Assembly: GCA_963754875.1 (NCBI GenBank)
Contig: CAVWHO010000011.1
Span: forward strand, 1-64,000
From: Nitrospirota bacterium
GTDB lineage: Bacteria > Nitrospirota > UBA9217
Direction: 5' to 3'
DNA: 64,000 nt
Within the stretch, counting starts at the first letter, position 1. Each line of letters opens with the position of its first letter. Below, in pieces: positions 1 through 10,726 of the stretch. Below the pieces are notes generated by a model, which did no database searches, was not told the origin of the DNA, and saw only the letters and a list, made by a program, of their open reading frames with translations. Made by a program: the position numbers and the translations under genes.

Positions 1-11
1 CTAGTTGCTTC

Positions 12-49
12 AAAAAAGAGGCCGGCATGCAATGGAACATGCCGGCCTC
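12..49 (-). terminator. Rho-independent terminator of the amtB-glnK operon
   Basis: Perfect 12-bp stem GAGGCCGGCATG(18-29)/CATGCCGGCCTC(38-49) followed on the minus strand by T6 (A6 at 12-17), downstream of the glnK stop. Confidence 0.85.
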
Positions 50-111
50 GGGAGGATAGACAACGATCTCTCAAATCGTCGTTTCTCCGCATATAACCTC
101 TTTACACTGCG

Positions 112-459
<348 letters not shown>

Positions 460-2109
460 CTATCGGTGCGTGTGGCGTAGTGAGAAATCGGGATAGGCGC
501 TGACCGCCACTTCTGCCTGGTCAAGTCCTTCGCGTTCAATCTCCTCAGACACCCGGAGCGGGACTATCTTGTCGAGGACCTTGAAGAACACATACATGAT
601 GACGAACACGAAGATAAAATTCGTCAAGACACCAACCACTTCGGCGACAAACTGAGACCCGCTACCGTAGAAAAGACCCTTGACCGTGCCGGCAACGCCG
701 TTCAGGCCGTCACCGTACGTACCGTCCGCGAACAGGCCGAGCGAGATAAGACCCCAGGCGCCGTTCACGCCGTGGACCGAGATGGCACCCACGGGATCGT
801 CGATCTTGAGCGTCCGCTCTACAAAGAACACGCTGATGCAGAGAATGACGCCCGCCATAGCGCCGATGATAACGGCCGATACCGAGTTCACAAAAGCACA
901 GGGTGCGGTGATGGCCACGAGTCCGGCCAGCAGGCCATTGGCAGCCATGGAGATATCCGGCTTGCCGTACTTGAACCACATATAGAGCAGCGCAAAAAAC
1001 GCGCCCGAAGCAGATGCAAGCATGGTGTTTGTCGCGATCACGCCGATCCTGAGATCGCCGCCCGCGAGCGTCGAGCCGGCGTTGAAGCCGAACCAGCCGA
1101 AAGCCAGGATAAAGCAGCCGACCATGGCCATCGGGATGTGATGACCCGGGATGGCGTTCGGCGTGCCGTCGGCCTTGAATTTGCCGATGCGCGGACCGAG
1201 CACGATCGCTCCTGCCAGTGCCGCCACGCCGCCGGTCATATGTACAACCGAGGAGCCGGCGAAGTCAAGCGTCCCGTGACCCAGGCCGAAGTTCGTGCCG
1301 AGCGCTGAAAGCCACCCGCCGCCCCATACCCAGTTCGCATAGAGCGGATACACTGATTCCGGCGATAAAGAACGAGTAGACCACGAAGGACTTGAATGTC
1401 CAACGCTCCGCCATGGAACCGGTCGGGAATCGTCGCAGTCGTGTCCATGAACACCATCTGGAACAGGAAGAGCGTGAAGATCGCCGCGTCATAGGTAACG
1501 CCGGACAGGAAGAACCCTTTCATGCCGAAGAGCCCGAAGGTCTTGCCGAACAGATGAATGGTAAACTCACTGTCAAGAAGGCCGAGCGTGCTGCCCAAGG
1601 TACCACTTCCGACACCGCCCATCTGGAGCGCGAACCCGCAGATCCAGTAGCCGAGCATGCCGAGCGCGTAGACCATGAAGTTCATGGCCATGGTATGTCC
1701 GGCGTTCTTGGCCTGGGTGAAGCCCGTCTCCACCATGGCGAACCCGGCCTGCATGAACATGACCAGGAAGCCCGTTACAAGCGTCCAGATAATGTTGATG
1801 GCGAATCCGGTTGTGGCCGATCACATCCGCCAGCTTCGCCGCGAGCGGCTCGGTCGTGGCCAGTTTTTTCAGATCGTCGGCCGTGGGTGCTCCCGCTGAA
1901 GCGCCGACTACGTCCGCTGCGCCGCCGGTGTTTGCGCCGGACGGATCAGGCTGGAGCGCCGGGGCCGCAGGTGCGGCTGGCGCCGCTGCGGCAGCGGGCG
2001 CCGGTGGAGCGGCCTGGTCGTCGGCAAATACCAGCCCGCCGACGATCGCAACCATAAGAGACAAAATCATCGCAACAATAAAACGTTTTTTGCTAAAAAT
2101 AAACTTCAT
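460..2109 (-). CDS. amtB: Ammonium transporter (split into 3 ORFs by two apparent indels near 1800 and 1353-1420)
   Basis: FMQAGFAMVE, FQMVF, DFAGSSVVHMTGG, GWFGFNAGS, IDDPVGAISVHG motifs spread over ORFs 1573-2109, 1236-1760 and 460-1353; N-terminal signal peptide and Ala/Pro linker. Confidence 0.93.
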
Positions 2110-2141
2110 GATAAACCTCCTATTTTCTTTTCAATAATTCC

Positions 2142-3260
2142 TTACCATCGATACATCGCGGCGAGCGCGACGGTGTCCTGGGACTTCTTCGTGCCGTTGT
2201 CGAAGGACTGCTTGTTCGACGTGTCATGCCGGTACTCAGGCATCAAAACCAGCCCGCCGCTAAGCTTGATCGTCGGGGTGATCGTCACTTCGGTCAGTTT
2301 CTGGACCGTAAGGGTCCTTACGCCGTCCTTGTCGTCGAAATACTCGCCGCGGATCGCCAGGCTGTAGGTGTCGGTGAAGTCATACTTCGCGATGGCGGAC
2401 ACACCGGACCACTCCGCGGTGCCGCCGGTCGCCGACGAATGCTGCTCCTGGCCGTTGTCGTAGTTCAGGATGAACGAAAGCGGCTTGATCGGAGTGATCG
2501 TCGCAATGAGATCGAGAAGCGACCTGTTGTCGCGGGTATTATTGGTTTTCTCCGGGCCGGTCAAATAATTCACGTAGCCGGAGACCTTGTCATTCGGCGT
2601 CAGGTTTACGGAGAGGCCTACGGACTTGCCCGTATTGTTGTCGTTCATGTTGTCCCAGCCGTTCACCACGAACAGGGCCGCGTTTATCTTGTCGGTGAAC
2701 GTGTAGCCGGCCTTCACGCCGGTATGGGTAAGCGGTTCAGCCCAGGTGAACAGGAACGAGCGGGAGTAGTTGGGATTGTCGATCGCTTCCATCACTTCTG
2801 CGCCCACGAAGGTGCCCATCTTTCCTGCATCGAACCGGAGCCCCTTGCCGATTGGGGCAAGGTAACTTACATATGCCTCCGTAACGTCGATGGAATCCGG
2901 TGTCGAGGCGCCCAGGCCCGCGGCATTGATGATCCGCGCCGTATCGCCTCCGGAAATTTTCACCTTGTAGCCGATGGCACCCGCGGCAGGGTCTTTTGCA
3001 AAAACCAATTCCAATAGATCGAGTCCAAAGCTGTTCGCTTTTGTGTCGAACGCGCGCAGATCATTTACTTGACCGACGCTTGCATTGCCGTTGTACGTGT
3101 AGCCGCTCTGCAGATAGATGCTCATACCGAGCGCCTTCTTGATGTCGTCTGCGCTCACTAGCGGTGCTGCCGGCTTCGCGTCTTCTGCGAAAACCGGTGT
3201 TGCCAATGCTGCCGTGCCCGCGAGCAAGGCGGTGCACATAAAACCGATAACCTTTTTCAT
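2142..3260 (-). CDS. Putative outer-membrane beta-barrel porin (OmpL-like/BBP2 type)
   Basis: Signal peptide, amphipathic beta-strand pattern, GKMGTFVGAE...NPNYSRSFLF motif, C-terminal aromatic residue (MYRW). Confidence 0.8.
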   Translation of the reverse strand: MKKVIGFMCTALLAGTAALATPVFAEDAKPAAPLVSADDIKKALGMSIYLQSGYTYNGNASVGQVNDLRAFDTKANSFGLDLLELVFAKDPAAGAIGYKVKISGGDTARIINAAGLGASTPDSIDVTEAYVSYLAPIGKGLRFDAGKMGTFVGAEVMEAIDNPNYSRSFLFTWAEPLTHTGVKAGYTFTDKINAALFVVNGWDNMNDNNTGKSVGLSVNLTPNDKVSGYVNYLTGPEKTNNTRDNRSLLDLIATITPIKPLSFILNYDNGQEQHSSATGGTAEWSGVSAIAKYDFTDTYSLAIRGEYFDDKDGVRTLTVQKLTEVTITPTIKLSGGLVLMPEYRHDTSNKQSFDNGTKKSQDTVALAAMYRW

Positions 3261-3379
3261 ACTCCCTCCTGTGATATGTCGATTGATACCCGCGACCGCA
3301 GTAGCGGGCTATGGTGTCCTGTGAAAGCCTCCGGAGCTTTCCAAACGTTGGCTCGCTGCAATGTTCTGTATATGTATTT

Positions 3380-3396
3380 AGCAATGCTCATGCCAG
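3380..3396 (-). promoter_or_regulatory. sigma54 (-24/-12) promoter for porin-amtB-glnK
   Basis: Minus strand CTGGCATGAGCATTGCT matches TGGCAC-N5-TTGC, 120 bp upstream of the porin start; nitrogen-assimilation context. Confidence 0.8.
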
Positions 3397-3671
3397 GAGC
3401 ACCTGCGCTATCTCGCATACACAATCTGCTGATTTCATGGCGGTAATTATCGGAATGGGAAGATGACTAAGGAGGGATCAACAGCCTGATGAGGATACGA
3501 TTTTAGGCACGCGCTTAGAATTTAGGCAGAGATAAGCAGAAAAGGCAGGCCTTTGGGATTATACCGGCGTTCCCAACGGTGATTAGACCTTGACAACAGA
3601 AAAACGTGAATATATGATTTTGATACATTTTCGTTCACGAATGACGGAAACATCTCTATAATCAATATGCA

Positions 3672-4689
3672 TTGAGGTGGTTTGTGAAGCTTATTGAATG
3701 GATAGGTATTGTACTGTGTTCGGCGTGTTTCCTGTTCCCCTTTGCAGTACACGCTGAGGACCGGTATTACGACGATGAAGAAGAGATCAATTCCGCCGTC
3801 GCTCTGGAAGGCTGGCTGTCGCAGGCCGATGCCAAGTGGCAGATATCCTTTCCCTACGTCACGAGCGCGGGGCAACCCGGCCAAATCCAATCTCGACTGG
3901 ATTTTAAAAAGATCGACAGTCCTATAATCATCTTTTCGGCCGGAGGCAAGGTTAAGCGGGGATTATTCATTCGATGTGCTCTATGGGACCGGTCCGATCA
4001 GCGGCGGTCATGGCCTGGACACGGACCGGTTCATTCCCGATTCCGGGGGCGGATACGACTTCTCGCAATCCACAAACGACAGCAAAGGCGATGTAAGAGA
4101 ATGGGGGATCAATTTCTACTATAATAATAAGCGTTATGGCGCCACTCATGCCGGACCGTGGGGAATGGTCCTGGGCTACCTGCACTACAAAGACAGCCTG
4201 AGCATGACAAATGGGGTACAGACGCTGCCGCTGAACTTTGAGGGGCTCACCCAGGCGGCCGGACCTTTTCCCGGGCTGAACTCCACTTATGATTTTACCT
4301 GGAACATGCTCAGGATCGGAGCACTCTACCAGCCCAAACTGACCGAGACACTTTCTCTATCCGGCATGTTCTCGATCTATCCCTACGTCAGCTATGAAGG
4401 TGACGGATACTGGAATTTACGTACAACGGGGTCGGGCGCTTTTCGCGCGCAATCGCCGAACTTTATACAAACAGCTTCGACGGCATATGGGTACGATGCC
4501 TCGCTGGGGCTGACTTATCTTGTATCGGAGAATCTGGAACTGACGGCGGGCTACCGGTACTTCTATTTGTATGCGCGAAACGGGACGGACACAACGTACT
4601 TTGCCGGCGGAGCGGAATATCAGGACAGGCTGGACTGGGTCACGGTAACGCGGCACGGCGCGTACGCGGCAGCGGTGCTTAAGTTTTAA
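3672..4689 (+). CDS. Omptin-like outer-membrane beta-barrel protein (one apparent frameshift near 3960)
   Basis: Signal peptide, SRLDF and LDTD motifs resembling omptin SQLDW and DxD, beta-strand pattern, C-terminal Phe; ORFs 3672-4124 and 3976-4689. Confidence 0.6.
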
Positions 4690-4987
4690 GGGCTTGCAGC
4701 AGGTCAAACTGGTTGTATGGTTGTATGGTTTTTTTCGTAATAGAGTTGAAACGAATTAGTTGATCTTAATTCCGTAAAAACCTCCACAGGAGAAATGGAG
4801 GAAAAGAGGGGGAAATGGGCGGGACTTTTTGAATAGTTTGCGTTCCCCTTTTCGCATTTCAATTCACCCTTTCCCCTTGATGGAATTTAGGTTTTATGAT
4901 CATGCAAAATTAAATACGAAGACTCGTTTATATTGATCAAACAATAACAACAACGGGCGCTTGTGGCGCACACAGGGCTTCGCCGCA

Positions 4988-5819
4988 CTACAGCCTCGGC
5001 ATCGGCTCCGACAGCGTGCCGCCGAGACTGAACTGGTAATACCCTTCCGCATCCCTGTTCTTCAGAAGTGATAAAATTCCCGCTTGTTCCTGAGCGAGGC
5101 GTTCCGAAGGCTTAAGTTTCACGGTAAGGTTGATCGTGCCGCGCTCGCGGAGCACCAGGTCTCCCAGACATTGGATCTTGAGCTCCTTGCCGTTCATTTC
5201 CAGCTTCCTGATCGTCAGCCGGTCGCCTTTGAGATCGGCTTCGATCCAGCATTCGTCGAAGTCCATATCCGGGACCGGAAAACCCTTTATCTTCAGCTCG
5301 CGTATGGCCAGGCCTTTGAGCCAGATCCTCCCCTTGCCCGTATCGTTGGTCACCTCGAAATTCCCGCCGAGCTTGCCGGTCAGCTTCAGTCCCAAATTTT
5401 TCAGGAGCTGGTAAGACCCGATGTCCAGGCCGTTTGCGTCGCACAGGAGGTACTGACGGCCGGGACCCTGCTGGATCTTCAAGGACAGATCGCCGCCGTA
5501 CGCTTTGGCTTTCAGATCTGCGGCAAGGTTGCCGCGCAGCAGGCTGAAGAGCGAGATCGTCGTTCTGACCGAGGGGCTTTCGAACAACACCTTGCCGGTT
5601 TGATCGGAAACGACGACATCGGACAGGAGGAACGCTGTTGAAGAACCGCGGTGAAATGCGGGAGATATTCAGTTCCACCGGAGTGCGCTGGCGGACTTCC
5701 GACTCCAGCTTTGCCTTGACCCGGTCAAAGGGAAATAAGAGGAGAAGGAAGATGAGAAAGGCTGCTGCGAAGTATGCAACGAACGAAGCGCGTCTGATGA
5801 GCAGTTTTTTATCGATCAT
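4988..5819 (-). CDS. gspN: Type II secretion protein N (apparent frameshift near 5635)
   Basis: N-terminal TM ending LFPFD, C-terminal LGGTLSEP; last gene of the gsp operon. Confidence 0.8.
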
Positions 5820-5822
5820 GTC

Positions 5823-6323
5823 CTACCCGGCGCTCGAGACGAGGATCGTCGCGTTGAGCAGTTTGGGATTGTCATAGCGGGGCTTGAACTGGAGCTTCCT
5901 GATCCGCAGCGTGTTTTTTTCGAGCAGATAGACGTAGTTCACGATATCGTAGAGCGTTATGTTCTCAAGCTTGATCTCGACGATGCTTTCCTTGAATGCC
6001 GCGGTCTGAACGCCCGCCTGCGGCTTGAGCGACACGATCTTGCTGCTCAGGTTCGCCTGTTTCGAGAGGTTCTCGATGTCCGTGAGCAAGGGGCCGCGCT
6101 TGGCCGCTTCTGCCTGAGCTTGCTGCAATTGTTTTTGAATCTCCGTGTACTCCGTCCGCAGCGCCTTCATCTCCTCAAGATCTTTCTGCTTTCTCGGGAT
6201 CAATTCCCGCTTCCGGGAAAGGTCGGACGTGAGCGGAGACAGCACGAGCGCATAGAGCAGGATCACGATGGCCGCCGCGCCGCCGAAAATAAGGAACTTT
6301 TTATCTCGTTCTTCTAGTTTCAA
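5823..6323 (-). CDS. gspM: Type II secretion protein M
   Basis: ERDKKFL followed by one TM helix, coiled coil and a ferredoxin-like C-terminus; operon position. Confidence 0.8.
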   Translation of the reverse strand: MKLEERDKKFLIFGGAAAIVILLYALVLSPLTSDLSRKRELIPRKQKDLEEMKALRTEYTEIQKQLQQAQAEAAKRGPLLTDIENLSKQANLSSKIVSLKPQAGVQTAAFKESIVEIKLENITLYDIVNYVYLLEKNTLRIRKLQFKPRYDNPKLLNATILVSSAG

Positions 6324-6346
6324 GAAACACCTCGAATGCTATTTGG

Positions 6347-6791
6347 AACCACAGATGAACACAGATGGACACGGTCAAACAACAAGTCTTTGATATTCTA
6401 ATTTTGGCTTTGCAAAGTTTAAAAGCAGTCCCACGCGTAGACCGGATATCCTCAAATAGTTCAATATCTGTGCACGATGGACATCGTCAATTTTTTCTAC
6501 TGATTTTACTTCCACTATCACGCTGTCTCCGACAACGAGATCAGCGTAATATTTACCAACTTCCTTGTCCCGATAAAGCACGTTAAACGCATGTTGAGAA
6601 GTGACATTCTTTTCCTTAAGCTCCAAATCCCACGCAAGCGCATTTTCATAAACTTTTTCCAGCAGCCCGCAGCCTAATGCATTATGGACTTTGAAAACCG
6701 AGTCCATAATTTCCCTGGTCAGATCTTTATAGAGGAACTCCTTCTCAGACTGCATTGTTTTTACCGTGTTAATCTGTGTTCATCTGTGGTT
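6347..6791. mobile_element. 445-bp GxxExxY cassette bounded by 29-bp inverted repeats
   Basis: AACCACAGATGAACACAGATGGACACGGT (6347-6375) versus the reverse complement of 6763-6791, AACCACAGATGAACACAGATTAACACGGT; 27/29 identical; sits between gspL and gspM. Confidence 0.75.
6375..6755 (-). CDS. GxxExxY protein (PD-(D/E)XK nuclease-like)
   Basis: GLLEKVY motif, ADLVV...IVEVK catalytic pattern, AQILNYL...GLLLNF; visibly more AT-rich than flanking gsp genes. Confidence 0.92.
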   Translation of the reverse strand: MQSEKEFLYKDLTREIMDSVFKVHNALGCGLLEKVYENALAWDLELKEKNVTSQHAFNVLYRDKEVGKYYADLVVGDSVIVEVKSVEKIDDVHRAQILNYLRISGLRVGLLLNFAKPKLEYQRLVV

Positions 6792-6799
6792 TCATGAGC

Positions 6800-8132
6800 T
6801 CACATCGCCTGCTTCAACTTGAAATCGAACCGGAACTTCACCTTATTGTCCACGCCCATTCTCGTGTCCAGGACCTGCACCTCGGCAAAGGCGCCGGACT
6901 TTTGTAATTCGGCTTTCATTTTATCGATGGACTCGAACGATGCGGCCTCGCCCTGAAGCTTCAGGTGGTCGCCTTCGAGGAGAAAATCCTGAAAAATCAC
7001 GCGGACTTCCTTGGGGATGCCCTCGGTCACGGCCTTCATCACGTCGAGCACGGACGTTCCCGACCCGAGCGCGCCGAACTTCTTCTTCGATTCATCCAGC
7101 TTAGCGCGGAGCTGCCGCACCGGGTCGGCAACCGACTTTGCTTCAGGGTCCGTTTGACGATAGATCTCCTTGATCTCACGGTCGAGCTTACCGTAACTCG
7201 ATTCGACCAGGTAATATTTCACGCCGAGGTTTGCCACGACAAAGACCACGGCAAACGCTCCGGCGATGATGAGCGTTCGCCGTCTCTTGCGCGCGCCCAC
7301 ATCGGCGAGCCGGTATGCAAACTCGCCCTTCCGGAAGTTTATCTGGTCGCTGAGCGCAAGACCCAGGCTCGACGGGATCCGCCGGCTTTTTCCCCGCGAA
7401 GTCCGGCGTTATCCGCTCGGTTGCGATCCCCAGGTCGGCAAGATCGGCATGCAGCCCGTCGTTCTCGGAAATGAGGTAGGCCTTCTCGATCTGCGTTTTC
7501 TGTTCAGTCTCGAACGCTTTTAGCGTATGCCGGATGCCGCCAGCTGCGCGCGATGTGGAGAAGCTCCTGCATGCAATCACGTTGCTGCCGATCTTGAGGC
7601 AGAGATCGGTGCCGTCAATGATGACGGCTGCGCCCTCCACCGGGATCAGCTTTGCAATACAGGAAAGTCCTACATAGGACGGTATAATGACCTGCGGGTC
7701 AACGCCTGCCGTGGCAAGGAGTTCCAGGTGCTGCCGCAAGGCGGTTTTCGGTAGCATGATGCCGAGCACAGCCGATTCCTTCTTTTTATCGGCCCCTGTT
7801 TCGGCCCGGTCCAGTACGACATGGTCCAGCTCCACGTCTTCCAGAGCAAACGGGATGTTGTCTTCCAGTTCGAACGGCAGGGCCTTTTCCACGCGCTTGC
7901 GGTCATTGAAGGGAAACGTGAGGGTCCGCTGGCTGAACTTGCTGCCGGGAATGGACGAAACAATGCGCGCGCCGGCCCAGTCACGCGCTTTTGCGCTCAG
8001 GATGTCCGCCAGTTCGGTGTCCGTGGCAAAGGGAACGCTGTAGGAGTCTTTGAGCTCCGTCTGGCGCAAGCCCTTCTCCACAACCGACACGGCAAGCTTC
8101 CCTTTCTCGATTTTGAGGCCAACGATTTTCAC
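6800..8132 (-). CDS. gspL: Type II secretion protein L (apparent frameshift near 7370)
   Basis: Actin-like N-terminal domain (ALPFELEDNIPF), TM helix and periplasmic domain over ORFs 7188-8132 and 6800-7300. Confidence 0.85.
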
Positions 8133-9016
8133 AGCGTTCTCCAGTAGTTTACGGTAAAGCCGTTAGTTGACCGGGTGATGACAGCCTCGACCTGCTTCGT
8201 GAAGCCGCCTACGGTAGCATAGGAATTGACCTTGAACACGTTGCTCGTGGTCGTCAGCTGTCCCACTGCCATTGTGTTCGACGGCCCAAGGAAATCGGCT
8301 ATCTCCTGAGTCGTTTTAAACGGTTCCTCGTTCCTGCGCTCCACTATCCTCTGTGCCATCCCTGTTTCCACACCTATGCTCCTGAGCACATCAACAGACG
8401 CCGTGTTGACATTGATCTGCGTCACGTTGGCAAGCGTTACAGCGTCCTGGATCTTTCCGAAATCTTCATCGCTCAGGAACTGGTGAAATTCGGTAAGCAG
8501 GTAAAAACTGCTTCGCTGCTGTTCGGTCATCCAGGCGTCGATACGGTCGAGAATTTCCTGGTTCACCCCGCGATTGGTAAAAAGAATCACCAGCCGGTTG
8601 TACGTAAGGGCGGGGTTGGAAAAGCTGGTTTGATCGCGCGGCTTGATCACACTGCTGATATTGATCTTCCCGCTCTCGTCCTCCCACCGCACCCGGAGCT
8701 CGGTATCATTGCTTCCCGTCATGATCGGCACAACCTGCCAGTCCCGTTGTTCGATGTTGTCCTGCAGTTTGCCCTTCATGAGATTATCGCTCAAGAGCAA
8801 ACCGGCAAACGTCACACCTGAGCGGGCCAGGTAGTAAGCGCGCTGGCTGTCGCGAAAGTTGACGGCCGACCGCAAACTGATCCTCGTACCGTAGGCGAAC
8901 TCGAAAATGAGCGCGATGAGAAGGGCCGTGACCAAAAGCACGATGATCAACGCAACGCCCCGGTCTTTTTTCATCCTGCTTTTCTCAATCGGCAACCCGA
9001 AATCGGAGGTCGGCAT
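8129..9016 (-). CDS. gspK: Minor pseudopilin K (alternative start at 8974)
   Basis: RGVALIIVL cleavage motif, AYYLARSG, DESGKININ-like motif, INVNTAS helix-hairpin-helix. Confidence 0.92.
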   Translation of the reverse strand: MPTSDFGLPIEKSRMKKDRGVALIIVLLVTALLIALIFEFAYGTRISLRSAVNFRDSQRAYYLARSGVTFAGLLLSDNLMKGKLQDNIEQRDWQVVPIMTGSNDTELRVRWEDESGKINISSVIKPRDQTSFSNPALTYNRLVILFTNRGVNQEILDRIDAWMTEQQRSSFYLLTEFHQFLSDEDFGKIQDAVTLANVTQINVNTASVDVLRSIGVETGMAQRIVERRNEEPFKTTQEIADFLGPSNTMAVGQLTTTSNVFKVNSYATVGGFTKQVEAVITRSTNGFTVNYWRTL

Positions 9017-9021
9017 TCTCG

Positions 9022-9729
9022 CTACCGCCCCACGTCCACCTTCGTGATATAGGAGGAACCGTCATCGAGCAGAAGCGAGATCTCCACAACGTTGGGCAGG
9101 ACGGTCTTATTGCTCCAGTCGTCGCTCCACGTTGAACCGTTATAATATCGGAACTGAAGGCTTTTCACCCGGTCGGTCATCGCGTACTCGAGGCCGCCTT
9201 CGAGCGCCGGAACGTCTTTGCTCAACTCGCGCTTTTCCCTTCGCATCATGACGTATCCCGATCCGTCCGGTTTCTGCTTGAAATAGTAGCCCACTTCCCA
9301 CAGGTCCGTCTCTTTCGTGCCCGGCCTGCGCCAGTTCGTCAGGGTAGTCAGGTAGAGTTCATCGAATCGGACATTACTGTCACCCGTGTCAGGCTGAACC
9401 TTCTTGCCGTAAAAAACAGTAAGGGGATACATCCCTGTATTCACATAAGCATTCGCGATGTCGATGGAGATCTTCGAAACCAGGGTGCGGACCAGGTCCG
9501 ATGCGTCCCGCATTTTCTCGGCCTGCTCGACGTTCCGGCTCGCCGTGAAAAAACTCGTATAGATCACGGTCACGATCCCCGCCATGATCGTCGTGGCGAT
9601 GAGCACTTCGATGAGTGTGAATCCCCGGAAACCGTGAGGCGTGAAGCGTGAGGCGTAAGGAGCTTGAACTGCCGTGCACGACGCACTCTCTACTCCCTGA
9701 CCCCTGACCCCTGACCCCTGATCATTCAT
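9022..9729 (-). CDS. gspJ: Minor pseudopilin J
   Basis: GFTLIEVLIA N-methylation motif, C-terminal LPNVVEISL; operon position. Confidence 0.9.
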   Translation of the reverse strand: MNDQGSGVRGQGVESASCTAVQAPYASRFTPHGFRGFTLIEVLIATTIMAGIVTVIYTSFFTASRNVEQAEKMRDASDLVRTLVSKISIDIANAYVNTGMYPLTVFYGKKVQPDTGDSNVRFDELYLTTLTNWRRPGTKETDLWEVGYYFKQKPDGSGYVMMRREKRELSKDVPALEGGLEYAMTDRVKSLQFRYYNGSTWSDDWSNKTVLPNVVEISLLLDDGSSYITKVDVGR

Positions 9730-10165
9730 AGCTCAGCAACTCGACCGTTTCCTGCCGAGTGCCCTCTTTCCACAGCACGGCAACCCGCACTTCCATGATC
9801 TGGATAAGAGGTGTGGGTACGATCATCCTCTTCCAAGTATAATCCTTGAACTCTTCCTCGGGAAACACGCCGTCGTCTTCCGTGGGGGTACGGAGCCTGG
9901 TCTCCGTCGTCGTCTCCACCATCTTCCGTTTTGCCAGCATCGAGGCCGTGGTCATGTGCTGCATCAGCAGCACGTCCTGCATGCTGCTGTTCTTCAGACC
10001 CAGGAGAGTGACCAGCACCATGGCCATGATCGCCACGGCGACCATCACTTCGAGGAGCGTGAAGCCTTGCGAGTTCGCCGTTCGGTGTCCCGAGTTCGGA
10101 TAAGAAAAACTCCGCAACCTACGCACAGTATTCATACTCTTTATTTCTGCGTATCTCAACTCCAT
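9722..10165 (-). CDS. gspI: Minor pseudopilin I (start 10165 or 10135)
   Basis: GFTLLEVMVAVAI motif; operon position. Confidence 0.88.
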   Translation of the reverse strand: MELRYAEIKSMNTVRRLRSFSYPNSGHRTANSQGFTLLEVMVAVAIMAMVLVTLLGLKNSSMQDVLLMQHMTTASMLAKRKMVETTTETRLRTPTEDDGVFPEEEFKDYTWKRMIVPTPLIQIMEVRVAVLWKEGTRQETVELLSYE

Positions 10166-10186
10166 GAACTTTTCGAATTCATGCAG

Positions 10187-10726
10187 TTAGCTTTCGCGCT
10201 CCTCAATGTAGCCATCACGGAGTTCGGTGCTTCCCATGAGCGGGTTTACGAGGAGCGTAAAATCCTTTTCGTCTCCGTCCCGCAGGTGGATGGCTGCGTT
10301 CTCCACCCAGCCGTCGGGCGTGAACTGGATAAAGGGATCGTCCGGATGGCTTGCGGCCTGGACATCACGAAACGTCGTCTGGCCGGACAAACTCCCTTCG
10401 GACCCGATCTCGGATTGCATCCGCACGAATTCCACGGTCTGATCGCTCGTCAGGGTCATGACCTCGGCCCAGTAACGCCCGCCCTGGACGTCGAAACGAA
10501 GCCGGTAGACCTCTTTCCGCGCCTGGGATTCGTCACGCAGGAAACGGATCATGCCGGTGAGGTGTCTGGCGCTGCGCTTCACATTCGCTTCGCCGAGCTC
10601 GCCGAGCCTTGGAATGATCAGGGAGAGCATGACGCCCAACACCACGATCACGATCATCAGTTCGATGAGCGTGAAGCCCTGCGCTGTCTTCCCTTGCCCC
10701 TTGCCCCTTGACCCTTGACCCTTCAT
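10187..10726 (-). CDS. gspH: Minor pseudopilin H
   Basis: GFTLIELMIVI motif, IQFTPDG; directly after gspG. Confidence 0.88.
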   Translation of the reverse strand: MKGQGSRGKGQGKTAQGFTLIELMIVIVVLGVMLSLIIPRLGELGEANVKRSARHLTGMIRFLRDESQARKEVYRLRFDVQGGRYWAEVMTLTSDQTVEFVRMQSEIGSEGSLSGQTTFRDVQAASHPDDPFIQFTPDGWVENAAIHLRDGDEKDFTLLVNPLMGSTELRDGYIEERES

